Shown here in pieces: positions 56,748 through 64,000 of a DNA stretch of 64,000 bases. Below the pieces are notes generated by a model. That model did no database searches and had not been told where the DNA came from. It was given only the letters and a program-made list of their open reading frames with translations. A program made the translations under genes and the position numbers. The stretch's first letter is position 1; every line of letters starts with the position of its first letter. Source of the stretch: Bacteroidota bacterium (GTDB lineage: Bacteria > Bacteroidota > Ignavibacteria > Kapaibacteriales > UBA2268); NCBI GenBank assembly GCA_004322215.1, contig SCSM01000010.1, forward strand, positions 5,001 to 69,000, given 5' to 3'.

Positions 56748-56926
56748 GTATTAGAAAAGATGAGTAATGAAATATGATATGGCAGGTCTGTGACCTATTT
56801 CAGAAACCACAATTGTTTATAAATAATACAAAATTCTGAATTATTTTTAACCAAATAAGATAAACAAGTTGTTTATTTTTGTAATTCCTAATTGGAAATT
56901 GAAAAGGTAATCGGGAAAATTGCTAA

Positions 56927-59560
56927 ATGAAAAATTCAAAAATTAATATTCACATTATTAAATTATTAATAACATTTATAATAATTATTCCCTCATTAAA
57001 CTTGTATGGTGGCTATAAGCCATTAACAGCAGATGAGATTAATTCATTGATACCATCCCCTACAAGATATGTAGCCAGCTTATACGGAAAATGGGAATCT
57101 TCATTTGATGAACAAAATTGGATACCTGTAACTATACCCTATTCAGGTAGGAATAAAAATGCAATAATATATAAAAGGACTATAAGAATTGACGATAAAT
57201 TACTTTCTAAGTTAGTCTGGAATTTGTATTTCCTGGGAGTTGATGACCAGGTCGAAGTATATTTCAATAATCAATATATAGGGAAATATTTAAGTTCGAT
57301 GACTCCCTTTTCAATAAGAATACCAGAAAGAATGCTTACAAATGAAAGTAATACAATCAAACTTGTTGTTTTGCCGGCATCGTCAGCAGCAAAACAAATG
57401 AAAGAACAAAACATATATTCGAAAAAAGTATCTACTGGTATTCCAAGAGAGGTATTGCTCATCGGCACTCCTCAAATTTGGGTAAGTCAGATAAAACAGA
57501 AAATGAGACATAACGATAATTTTTCTTTTTTCGAGGTATCTACTAATGTAAATGTATCATCTGCGAATATTCAAAAGCTCGGACCCGCTTTGCTTAATGA
57601 TTCACTTCAGAAGAAATTTAATATCAGGGGTGATGTACTTGTCGATATAGCAATAAAAAGAAAAGAGACGGGAGAAATCGTTTCAAAATCTGCTCCACAG
57701 AGAGTTGAAATCGCAAAGGAAAGAACAGTAACACTTAATTACACACTAACAGTAAATAATCCAATTTTGTGGACACCTTCTAATCCGGAATTATACGAAA
57801 TTGAAGTACGGATAACTAAGAACGGAGTTTTGATTGACCAATACAGCAATGATATAGGATTCAGAAGCATTACGACTCAAATTGTAAAAAAGTTGCCAAC
57901 AGCAATGAAACCGGGAATATACCTGAATGATTCTCTTCTTGAAATTAAAGGATTGGATTATATAGAAGATTATTCAACCGGTCAGACAGTTACAACAAAA
58001 AGAATGGAAAGAGATATTCTGATGATGAAGACGCTGGGTGCAAACCTGATCTGCGTCAAATATTCACTACCCCACCCATATTTCCTGAAACTTTGCGACC
58101 AATACGGAATGATGGTAATTTTTGAACTGCCTGTTTATAATGTACCTCAACAGCTAATCGGTTTAAATGAAATAAGGGTAAAAGTAAAAAACATTACAGA
58201 TTTGATGCTGACCGAATATTCCAATCATCCTTCGATTATTGCCTGGGGAATATCTGATGGATTATTCGATGACGATAAAAATGTTGGCGATTATTCAGAT
58301 ATTATGACAGGTATTATAAAAAATTGGTCTAATAATTTAATATATAAAACAGTAAATTTCGGAATAGATTCTATATATAAAAACAATATAGATTTCCTTG
58401 TATTTAAGGATAATCATAATTACAACAACTTTGAAGAAATTAATAATGAAATTTACCGGTTGAAAATATTATCAAAAGACCTACCCTCGATGATTAATTT
58501 TGGTTTGCAGATTCAGCCATTTAATCATAATGGTTTTTCAGACCCCGCATCATTAGAATCGCAGGCAAATTATATTAGTAATTTTTACCGGATAATTAAA
58601 GCACATAAATATGCAGGAAGCATATTTTGGTCATTTAATGACTATGAACTAAACCACCCGTTGTTAATACTGAATAATGATAATCTATATACGGGTACCT
58701 GCGGTCTCGTTGACAGAAGCAGGCAGGAAAGATTATCCTTCCTGACATTACAGTCTTTGTTTAACAATGAGAAGGAACCACTATTAAATGCAGGGAGCTA
58801 TAATGAGAAAAATCCATTGTTCTTTATGTTTGTCGGTTTGATACTTGTTGGAATATTAATATTCCTTATGAAAAGATTCAGAAGATTCAGAGAATATTTA
58901 ACAAGGTCAATTCTAAGACCTTTCAACTTTTATGCTGACATCAGAGACCAAAGAATCATGTCATCAGTCCAGACTTTCATTCTTGGATTTGTATTATCGG
59001 TTTCATTGGCAATTTTCATTGTAACAATACTGTATTATTACAAAACATTCGACAAGGCAGAATTTTTATTGATGTTATTAATTCCTTCAAATGATATTCA
59101 GGAGATAGTCTTCCGAAGTATATGGATGCCCGAAATATTAACAGGAATATTATCATTATTATTTTTCGGAATAATATTTTTAACAGCAGGAATAATAAAA
59201 TTATTTTCTTTGATAGTCAAAGGTAGAATTTACTACAGTGATACATATACAATAACAATCTGGTCCGGAGTTCCATTGCTTGCATTACTTCCATTGGATA
59301 TTATTCTAAGCCGTTTGTTATATTTAAGCCCTGTTATCACTTGGTTGATTTTAATAATGGCAGTCATAATATTAATTTGGATTTTATTGAGAATCCTAAA
59401 AGCGACTGCAATTGTATTTGACATACCTGTTTACAGGTCATATCTTATCGGCATCGGTATCACGATAATAACATCCGGTGCAATTTTAGCAATTTATCAG
59501 TACTATTATTCATTTCTATATTATTTATCATATTTTTTAAAATTATTAATAAAAAGTTAA
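56927..59560 (+). CDS. Glycoside hydrolase family 2-like ectodomain fused to a C-terminal polytopic membrane domain
   Basis: The ORF is 877 aa with an N-terminal signal/anchor. It has a GH2 sugar-binding jelly-roll (LYFLGVDDQVEVYFNNQYIGKY) and a TIM-barrel segment (GANLICVKYSLPHPYFLKLCDQYGMMVIFELP; NHPSIIAWGISDG). Residues ~630-877 (nt 58814-59557) form ~6 TM helices. Confidence 0.6.
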   Translation: MKNSKINIHIIKLLITFIIIIPSLNLYGGYKPLTADEINSLIPSPTRYVASLYGKWESSFDEQNWIPVTIPYSGRNKNAIIYKRTIRIDDKLLSKLVWNLYFLGVDDQVEVYFNNQYIGKYLSSMTPFSIRIPERMLTNESNTIKLVVLPASSAAKQMKEQNIYSKKVSTGIPREVLLIGTPQIWVSQIKQKMRHNDNFSFFEVSTNVNVSSANIQKLGPALLNDSLQKKFNIRGDVLVDIAIKRKETGEIVSKSAPQRVEIAKERTVTLNYTLTVNNPILWTPSNPELYEIEVRITKNGVLIDQYSNDIGFRSITTQIVKKLPTAMKPGIYLNDSLLEIKGLDYIEDYSTGQTVTTKRMERDILMMKTLGANLICVKYSLPHPYFLKLCDQYGMMVIFELPVYNVPQQLIGLNEIRVKVKNITDLMLTEYSNHPSIIAWGISDGLFDDDKNVGDYSDIMTGIIKNWSNNLIYKTVNFGIDSIYKNNIDFLVFKDNHNYNNFEEINNEIYRLKILSKDLPSMINFGLQIQPFNHNGFSDPASLESQANYISNFYRIIKAHKYAGSIFWSFNDYELNHPLLILNNDNLYTGTCGLVDRSRQERLSFLTLQSLFNNEKEPLLNAGSYNEKNPLFFMFVGLILVGILIFLMKRFRRFREYLTRSILRPFNFYADIRDQRIMSSVQTFILGFVLSVSLAIFIVTILYYYKTFDKAEFLLMLLIPSNDIQEIVFRSIWMPEILTGILSLLFFGIIFLTAGIIKLFSLIVKGRIYYSDTYTITIWSGVPLLALLPLDIILSRLLYLSPVITWLILIMAVIILIWILLRILKATAIVFDIPVYRSYLIGIGITIITSGAILAIYQYYYSFLYYLSYFLKLLIKS

Positions 59561-59576
59561 CTAATAAGGAGAGAAA

Positions 59577-60476
59577 ATGGCAATTGTATATAAAACAGAA
59601 TTTACGGGAGTGCCGAACCCAAGGAGAGGCAAAGTCAGAGATATATTTGAATTGGATAAGTATATATTGATAGTGGCAACAGACCGCATTTCTGCGTTTG
59701 ATGTTATAATGAACGAACCTATACCCGGCAAAGGGAAAATTTTATCGCAAATATCAGCGACCTGGTTCAATAAAACAAAAAACATAATTAAGAACCATTT
59801 TATTTCAAATAATGTAGATGATTATCCGAAAGAATTTCAGCAATTCCGTGAACAATTGACAGCAAGGTCAATGCTTGTAAAAAAATGCAAGCCATTACCT
59901 ATTGAGTGTATAGTGAGAGGTTATGTTGCCGGCTCGGGATGGAAAGAATATAAAATGAATCAAACAATTTGCGGAATAAAACTTCCTGACGGATTACTGG
60001 AGTTTTCAAAATTGCCAGAGCCAATTTTCACACCTTCAACAAAAGCAGAAGTAGGGCATGATGAAAATATATCACCTGAGAGAGCAGCAGAACTTGTCGG
60101 TAAAGATTTAGCGGATAAAATTGCACAAATATCAATTGAACTATACAAATTCGGAGCTGAATATTTAGAAAAAAATGATATAATTCTTGCGGATACTAAA
60201 TTTGAATTTGGGGCAGATGAAACAGGTGAACTTTTCCTTATTGATGAGGCACTGACTCCTGATTCGTCGAGGTTTTGGCTCAAAGAAGAATATGCACCGG
60301 GAAAACCGCAGACAAATTTTGACAAACAGGTTCTGAGGGACTATCTTGAATCTCTCGATTGGAACAAGCAAGCACCGCCACCGGCATTACCAAAAGAAAT
60401 AGTTGAAAAAACCCTGGAAAAATACAAAGAAGCATACAGGAGAATTGTTGGAACTGCATTTAATGATAATGAATAA
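59577..60476 (+). CDS. purC: Phosphoribosylaminoimidazole-succinocarboxamide (SAICAR) synthase
   Basis: This is the 299-aa long-form PurC. Motifs present are GKVRDIF, ATDRISAFD and ILADTKFEFG. Confidence 0.9.
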   Translation: MAIVYKTEFTGVPNPRRGKVRDIFELDKYILIVATDRISAFDVIMNEPIPGKGKILSQISATWFNKTKNIIKNHFISNNVDDYPKEFQQFREQLTARSMLVKKCKPLPIECIVRGYVAGSGWKEYKMNQTICGIKLPDGLLEFSKLPEPIFTPSTKAEVGHDENISPERAAELVGKDLADKIAQISIELYKFGAEYLEKNDIILADTKFEFGADETGELFLIDEALTPDSSRFWLKEEYAPGKPQTNFDKQVLRDYLESLDWNKQAPPPALPKEIVEKTLEKYKEAYRRIVGTAFNDNE

Positions 60477-60507
60477 CTAAGTGGAAAATTTCTAAATTTT
60501 TAACAAA

Positions 60508-61764
60508 ATGGCTGAACAACAAAACATATTTGAATTAAGAAAATCACCGGGGCAATTTTTTGACTGGCAGACGTTTCTCCTAACAATCATGTCAATCACT
60601 TTGGGATTAATCTCGATATACAGTGCCACATACGATGCAGGTATGAGCACATATTTTTTCAAGCAACTGATTTATACAGGTGTAGGAATCGGTGTTATGC
60701 TCGTATTGATGGTAATGCCTGAACGATGGCTACAGGCATATTCCCTTGCATTTTTTATCTTTATACTGTTACTATTGATATCAGTATTGATATTCGGAAG
60801 AACGATTTACGGAACTAAGGGCTGGTTCCAGATTGGAAGCATCAGCATACAACCATCGGAATTTGCAAAGCTGGCTTCATTGAATTTAATCGCTACTCAC
60901 CTGTCAAGAAAGGGAACAGATATAAAAACATTCAGGGATTTCGGAATCGTTCTTGCTATTATCTTTGCTCCATTCATACTAATATTATATGAACCGGATT
61001 TCGGTACCGCAACCGTTATACTTGCGATGTTTATCGGTATACTATTCTGGACCGGATTCGATTTATTACTCTTGTTTTTCGTTATCAGTTTACCAATAAT
61101 CATACTTTTATCATTGGTAAGTCCAATTCATTTCGTTGCTGCGGTATCTGTTTATTCAATTGCAGCAGCACTGATGAGAAAGAAAATAATATTGACATTC
61201 GCTACAATATTAATAGTTTTTGTAGCAGGTTATACAAGCCCGATGATTGTAGACAACCTGATGCCTCACCAGAAGAATCGAATAGATACATTTCTGAATC
61301 CTGATAAAGACCCATTGGGTAAAGGATATAATGTAATCCAGTCAAAACTGGCAGTAGGGAGCGGTGGTATAATGGGTAAAGGATTTTTACATGGTACACA
61401 GACCCAATTGAGATATATACCGAAACAATGGACGGATTTTATATATTGTGTGCCATCCGAAGAATTCGGATTTGCAGGAGGTGTATTTGTTATTCTGCTT
61501 TTATCGGGAATAATACTAAAAGCAACAAAATCGGCATTCGATTCCGAAAATAAATATTACAGTTTATTATCGTTCGGAATTGCTTCCGTATTTTTTTATC
61601 ATACGATTATAAATATCGGAATGGTTTTGGGATTAATGCCGGTGATGGGGATACCACTGCCATTCATGAGTTATGGCGGTTCTGCATTAATAGTTAATTG
61701 TGCATTTATCGGTTTGCTTTTGAATGCATACAGGTCACAAAAAATTAAAGTACAAAATAAATAA
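60508..61764 (+). CDS. rodA: SEDS-family peptidoglycan polymerase, RodA-like
   Basis: The 418-aa ORF has ~10 TM helices. Motifs present are IQPSEFAKL, QSKLAVGSGGIMGKGFLHGTQ and TDFIYCVPSEEFGF. Confidence 0.8.
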   Translation: MAEQQNIFELRKSPGQFFDWQTFLLTIMSITLGLISIYSATYDAGMSTYFFKQLIYTGVGIGVMLVLMVMPERWLQAYSLAFFIFILLLLISVLIFGRTIYGTKGWFQIGSISIQPSEFAKLASLNLIATHLSRKGTDIKTFRDFGIVLAIIFAPFILILYEPDFGTATVILAMFIGILFWTGFDLLLLFFVISLPIIILLSLVSPIHFVAAVSVYSIAAALMRKKIILTFATILIVFVAGYTSPMIVDNLMPHQKNRIDTFLNPDKDPLGKGYNVIQSKLAVGSGGIMGKGFLHGTQTQLRYIPKQWTDFIYCVPSEEFGFAGGVFVILLLSGIILKATKSAFDSENKYYSLLSFGIASVFFYHTIINIGMVLGLMPVMGIPLPFMSYGGSALIVNCAFIGLLLNAYRSQKIKVQNK

Positions 61765-61793
61765 TTAATTTAACCGATATTTCATAGAATGCT

Positions 61794-62792
61794 ATGAGAT
61801 TAATAATAACAATCGGTGATTGCAACGGAGTAGGTCTTGAGGTACTGATTAAAGCTATTGAAAAATTCTTTAATCAGGAAGCCACTTATGACCTTAAATT
61901 CGATATTGCAGGGAACAGGCAGACTATTAAGGATTATTGCGATTTGGTGGATTTGCAAGTACAGTTCGAAGGAAAAGGATTATGGGTAGCAAACACTTTT
62001 TGCGAGATTCTGGATTGCCCCACCTATTCAAAAATAGAATTCGGGAAAAGCACTCACGATTCCGGGAAATTAGCAATAGAAGCACTCGATAAGGCACTCG
62101 ACATGATTCTTGGAAACCACTACGATGCCATGGTAACGTTGCCTATTTCTAAATATTCTATGTACAATGCAGGATGGATGTTTACAGGACACACTGAATA
62201 TCTCTCATACAGGTGTAATATTCCCAATCCACTTATGATATTATTATCAGATAAAATCAGGGTAGCACTCGCAACTATTCATGTTCCATTCAAAGTTGTT
62301 CCCGAACTAATAAATCAAAAGCACCTGGTTGAGATGGTCGAATCATTAAATAAAAGTTTAACGAATGATTTCAAAATCGTCAATCCGAAAATTGGAGTAT
62401 TATCGCTTAATCCGCATGCGGGTGAAAATGCAACAATTGGAACCGAGGAAGCAGAAATTATAACCCCTGCACTCCAAAAATGTTTGCAAAATGGTATATA
62501 TTTAGAAGGACCTTTTGCATCAGACGGATTTTTTGGATTCGGACTTTATAAGCAATTTGACGGGATACTCGCTATGTATCATGACCAGGGTCTCATTCCA
62601 CTAAAATTGCTGTCTGAGGGTTCAGGTGTCAATTTTACAGCAGGATTACCCATCGTCAGAACATCACCCGACCATGGGACAGCTTATGAAATTGCAGGGA
62701 AAAACATTGCCGACCCCGAAAGTACTTTGCAGGCAATAATAGTAGCGGTAAAAATCTTTGAAAACAGGAAACACCACAAGCAAAACCAATAA
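61794..62792 (+). CDS. pdxA: 4-hydroxythreonine-4-phosphate dehydrogenase PdxA
   Basis: Motifs present are ITIGDCNGVGLEV, GHTEYL, NPHAGENA, YHDQGLIPLK and SPDHGTAYEIAG. Confidence 0.85.
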   Translation: MRLIITIGDCNGVGLEVLIKAIEKFFNQEATYDLKFDIAGNRQTIKDYCDLVDLQVQFEGKGLWVANTFCEILDCPTYSKIEFGKSTHDSGKLAIEALDKALDMILGNHYDAMVTLPISKYSMYNAGWMFTGHTEYLSYRCNIPNPLMILLSDKIRVALATIHVPFKVVPELINQKHLVEMVESLNKSLTNDFKIVNPKIGVLSLNPHAGENATIGTEEAEIITPALQKCLQNGIYLEGPFASDGFFGFGLYKQFDGILAMYHDQGLIPLKLLSEGSGVNFTAGLPIVRTSPDHGTAYEIAGKNIADPESTLQAIIVAVKIFENRKHHKQNQ

Positions 62793-62808
62793 TTTTTTCA
62801 AACAAATA

Positions 62809-62840
62809 TTTGTTAATTAATTAGAGAATCAGTAAGTTTG
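62809..62840 (+). promoter_or_regulatory. Bacteroidetes-type promoter for rplM-rpsI (TTTG-N20-TAAGTTTG)
   Basis: TTTG is at 62809-62812, the spacer is 20 nt, and TAAGTTTG is at 62833-62840. The -33 box lies inside the perfect 14-bp palindrome AACAAATATTTGTT (62801-62814). Confidence 0.5.
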
Positions 62841-62880
62841 TATTCTTTAATATTTGTTAAATGTGAGAAGGAAGTGTTTC

Positions 62881-63333
62881 GTGGAAACATCTGCAAAGAT
62901 TACAAAATCTGTAAGAAAAGAAGATACTGATAAAAAATGGTGGATAGTTGATGCTGCAGACCAGGTGCTTGGACGGCTTGCTTCGCAGGTTGCCGCAGTT
63001 CTCAGAGGCAAGCATAAACCCGATTATACACCTCATATAGATTGCGGTGATTATGTTATTATTCTTAATGCCGATAAAATAAAAGTGACAGGTAAAAGAG
63101 CTAATAAGAAGGAATATATTCATCATAGTTTATACCCGGGCGGACAGAAGATTGAAAAATACAAAATGGTTATGGAAACAAAGCCGTCATTTGTACTTGA
63201 ACATGCAATCAAGGGAATGCTTCCGAAAAACCGTCTCGGAAAGAAAATCGGGAAGAATCTCAAGGTATATGCAGGCACTGAACATCCGCACTCAGCTCAG
63301 AAGCCCGAGAATTTACAGTTTAAATACAATTAA
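62881..63333 (+). CDS. rplM: 50S ribosomal protein L13
   Basis: Motifs present are KKWWIVDA...[31 protein letters not shown] prefer GTG 62881, preceded by AAGGAAG and downstream of the predicted TSS, over the track's TTG at 62854. Confidence 0.9.
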   Translation: METSAKITKSVRKEDTDKKWWIVDAADQVLGRLASQVAAVLRGKHKPDYTPHIDCGDYVIILNADKIKVTGKRANKKEYIHHSLYPGGQKIEKYKMVMETKPSFVLEHAIKGMLPKNRLGKKIGKNLKVYAGTEHPHSAQKPENLQFKYN

Positions 63334-63372
63334 TGAAAATTGCTAACAAAAATAAAATTTGATGGAGAATAA

Positions 63373-63759
63373 ATGAAAGCCGCTTTTGGAACAGGAAGAA
63401 GAAAAACAGCAGTTGCCCAGGCAAAGTTATTGCCCGGCAGCGGTAAAATAACTGTTAATAAATTAGCATTCGAACAGTATTTCCCGATTGAAGTATACAG
63501 GATGCATGCAATAGCACCACTTTATTCGACAAACAACGAAGGAAAATTCGATATAAATATCACTGTCAGAGGCGGAGGAAAAAGCGGTCAGACCGGTGCA
63601 ATCCAGTTAGCAATCGCACGTGCATTATTTGCACACGACCCGGAGATACACAAACAATTGAGAGATGCCGGACTGCTTACACGAGACCCGAGAATGGTTG
63701 AACGAAAAAAATACGGGCAAAAGAAAGCAAGGAAGAGATTCCAGTTCTCTAAGCGTTAA
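63373..63759 (+). CDS. rpsI: 30S ribosomal protein S9
   Basis: The ORF is 128 aa. Motifs present are [21 protein letters not shown] and the C-terminal [12 protein letters not shown]. Confidence 0.95.
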   Translation: MKAAFGTGRRKTAVAQAKLLPGSGKITVNKLAFEQYFPIEVYRMHAIAPLYSTNNEGKFDINITVRGGGKSGQTGAIQLAIARALFAHDPEIHKQLRDAGLLTRDPRMVERKKYGQKKARKRFQFSKR

Positions 63760-63875
63760 TATTGAAAATAATAATTTTATAAATAATCATGTTTCCGGAT
63801 TACCTGTGTGTGATAGCTTGCTATTGAGCAGGTAAAGTGAAAGAAACAGCAGTTTAAAACACAAAGGAGTAAAAA

Positions 63876-64000
63876 ATGAATCATTATGCAGACATCGAGC
63901 AACTGCTCGAAAGCGGCGCACATTTCGGACATCTGACACGCCGATGGAATCCCAAGATGGAAAAGTATATTTTCGGTGAACGCAACGGCATTCACATAAT
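63876..64000 (+). CDS. rpsB: 30S ribosomal protein S2 (5' end only; continues past the window end)
   Basis: AAAGGAG at 63863-63869 precedes ATG 63876. The translation is [41 protein letters not shown]..., the canonical S2 N-terminus. Confidence 0.9.
   Translation, partial: MNHYADIEQLLESGAHFGHLTRRWNPKMEKYIFGERNGIHI

Noticed and set aside
1-64000. Search for tRNA, rRNA, tmRNA, RNase P, transposase, integrase and CRISPR-cas genes
   Set aside because: None of the intergenic regions shows tRNA-like GC-rich cloverleaf segments or rRNA signatures. No ORF has transposase, recombinase or Cas motifs that I can recognise by eye.

Overview
This is an AT-rich chromosomal segment, roughly one-third G+C by eye. 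It looks like an FCB-group bacterium (Ignavibacteria/Bacteroidota-like). Four proteins end in T9SS (Por-type) C-terminal sorting domains, and several genes carry TTTG-N20-TAnnTTTG promoters.

About 50 genes are present and most are housekeeping:
- a cobalamin-riboswitch-controlled TonB receptor, truncated at the window start
- tatC, two polyprenyl synthases, tsaB, HtrA, iorAB, dprA, pruA
- a prolyl oligopeptidase plus aromatic amino-acid decarboxylase pair
- mraZ-rsmH, purC, rodA, pdxA, rplM-rpsI-rpsB

I found no rRNA, tRNA, CRISPR array, transposase or integrase.

Non-core content worth a second look:
1. An AT-rich islet at 44.5-48.15 kb lies immediately downstream of a signal-peptide TPR-CHAT (caspase-like) protein. 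It holds a tightly packed operon: a 129-aa unknown, a 148-aa coiled-coil/3-TM protein, a 39-codon fragment, and an AIPR abortive-infection protein with an Mrr-like N-terminus. This is my best candidate for an undescribed defence system.
2. A family of mosaic intergenic elements occurs at 4.5-5.2 kb, 44.5-44.7 kb and 47.6-48.15 kb. They carry a promoter-like box and arrays of GACAAA boxes phased at exactly 10 bp.
3. A 1628-aa T9SS cargo protein is built from eight tandem ~128-aa six-cysteine repeats that I cannot assign to a known domain. It is divergent from a second modular 1139-aa T9SS protein.
4. A decayed YefM/YoeB toxin-antitoxin remnant sits beside an AT-rich orphan gene at 25.3-26.1 kb.
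5. A GH2-like protein appears to have both catalytic glutamates substituted and is fused to a polytopic membrane domain.
6. The mraZ-rsmH pair is cut off from the rest of the dcw cluster but keeps a 10-bp-phased MraZ-box operator.

All calls come from reading the sequence and the ORF translations by eye. No database search was run.
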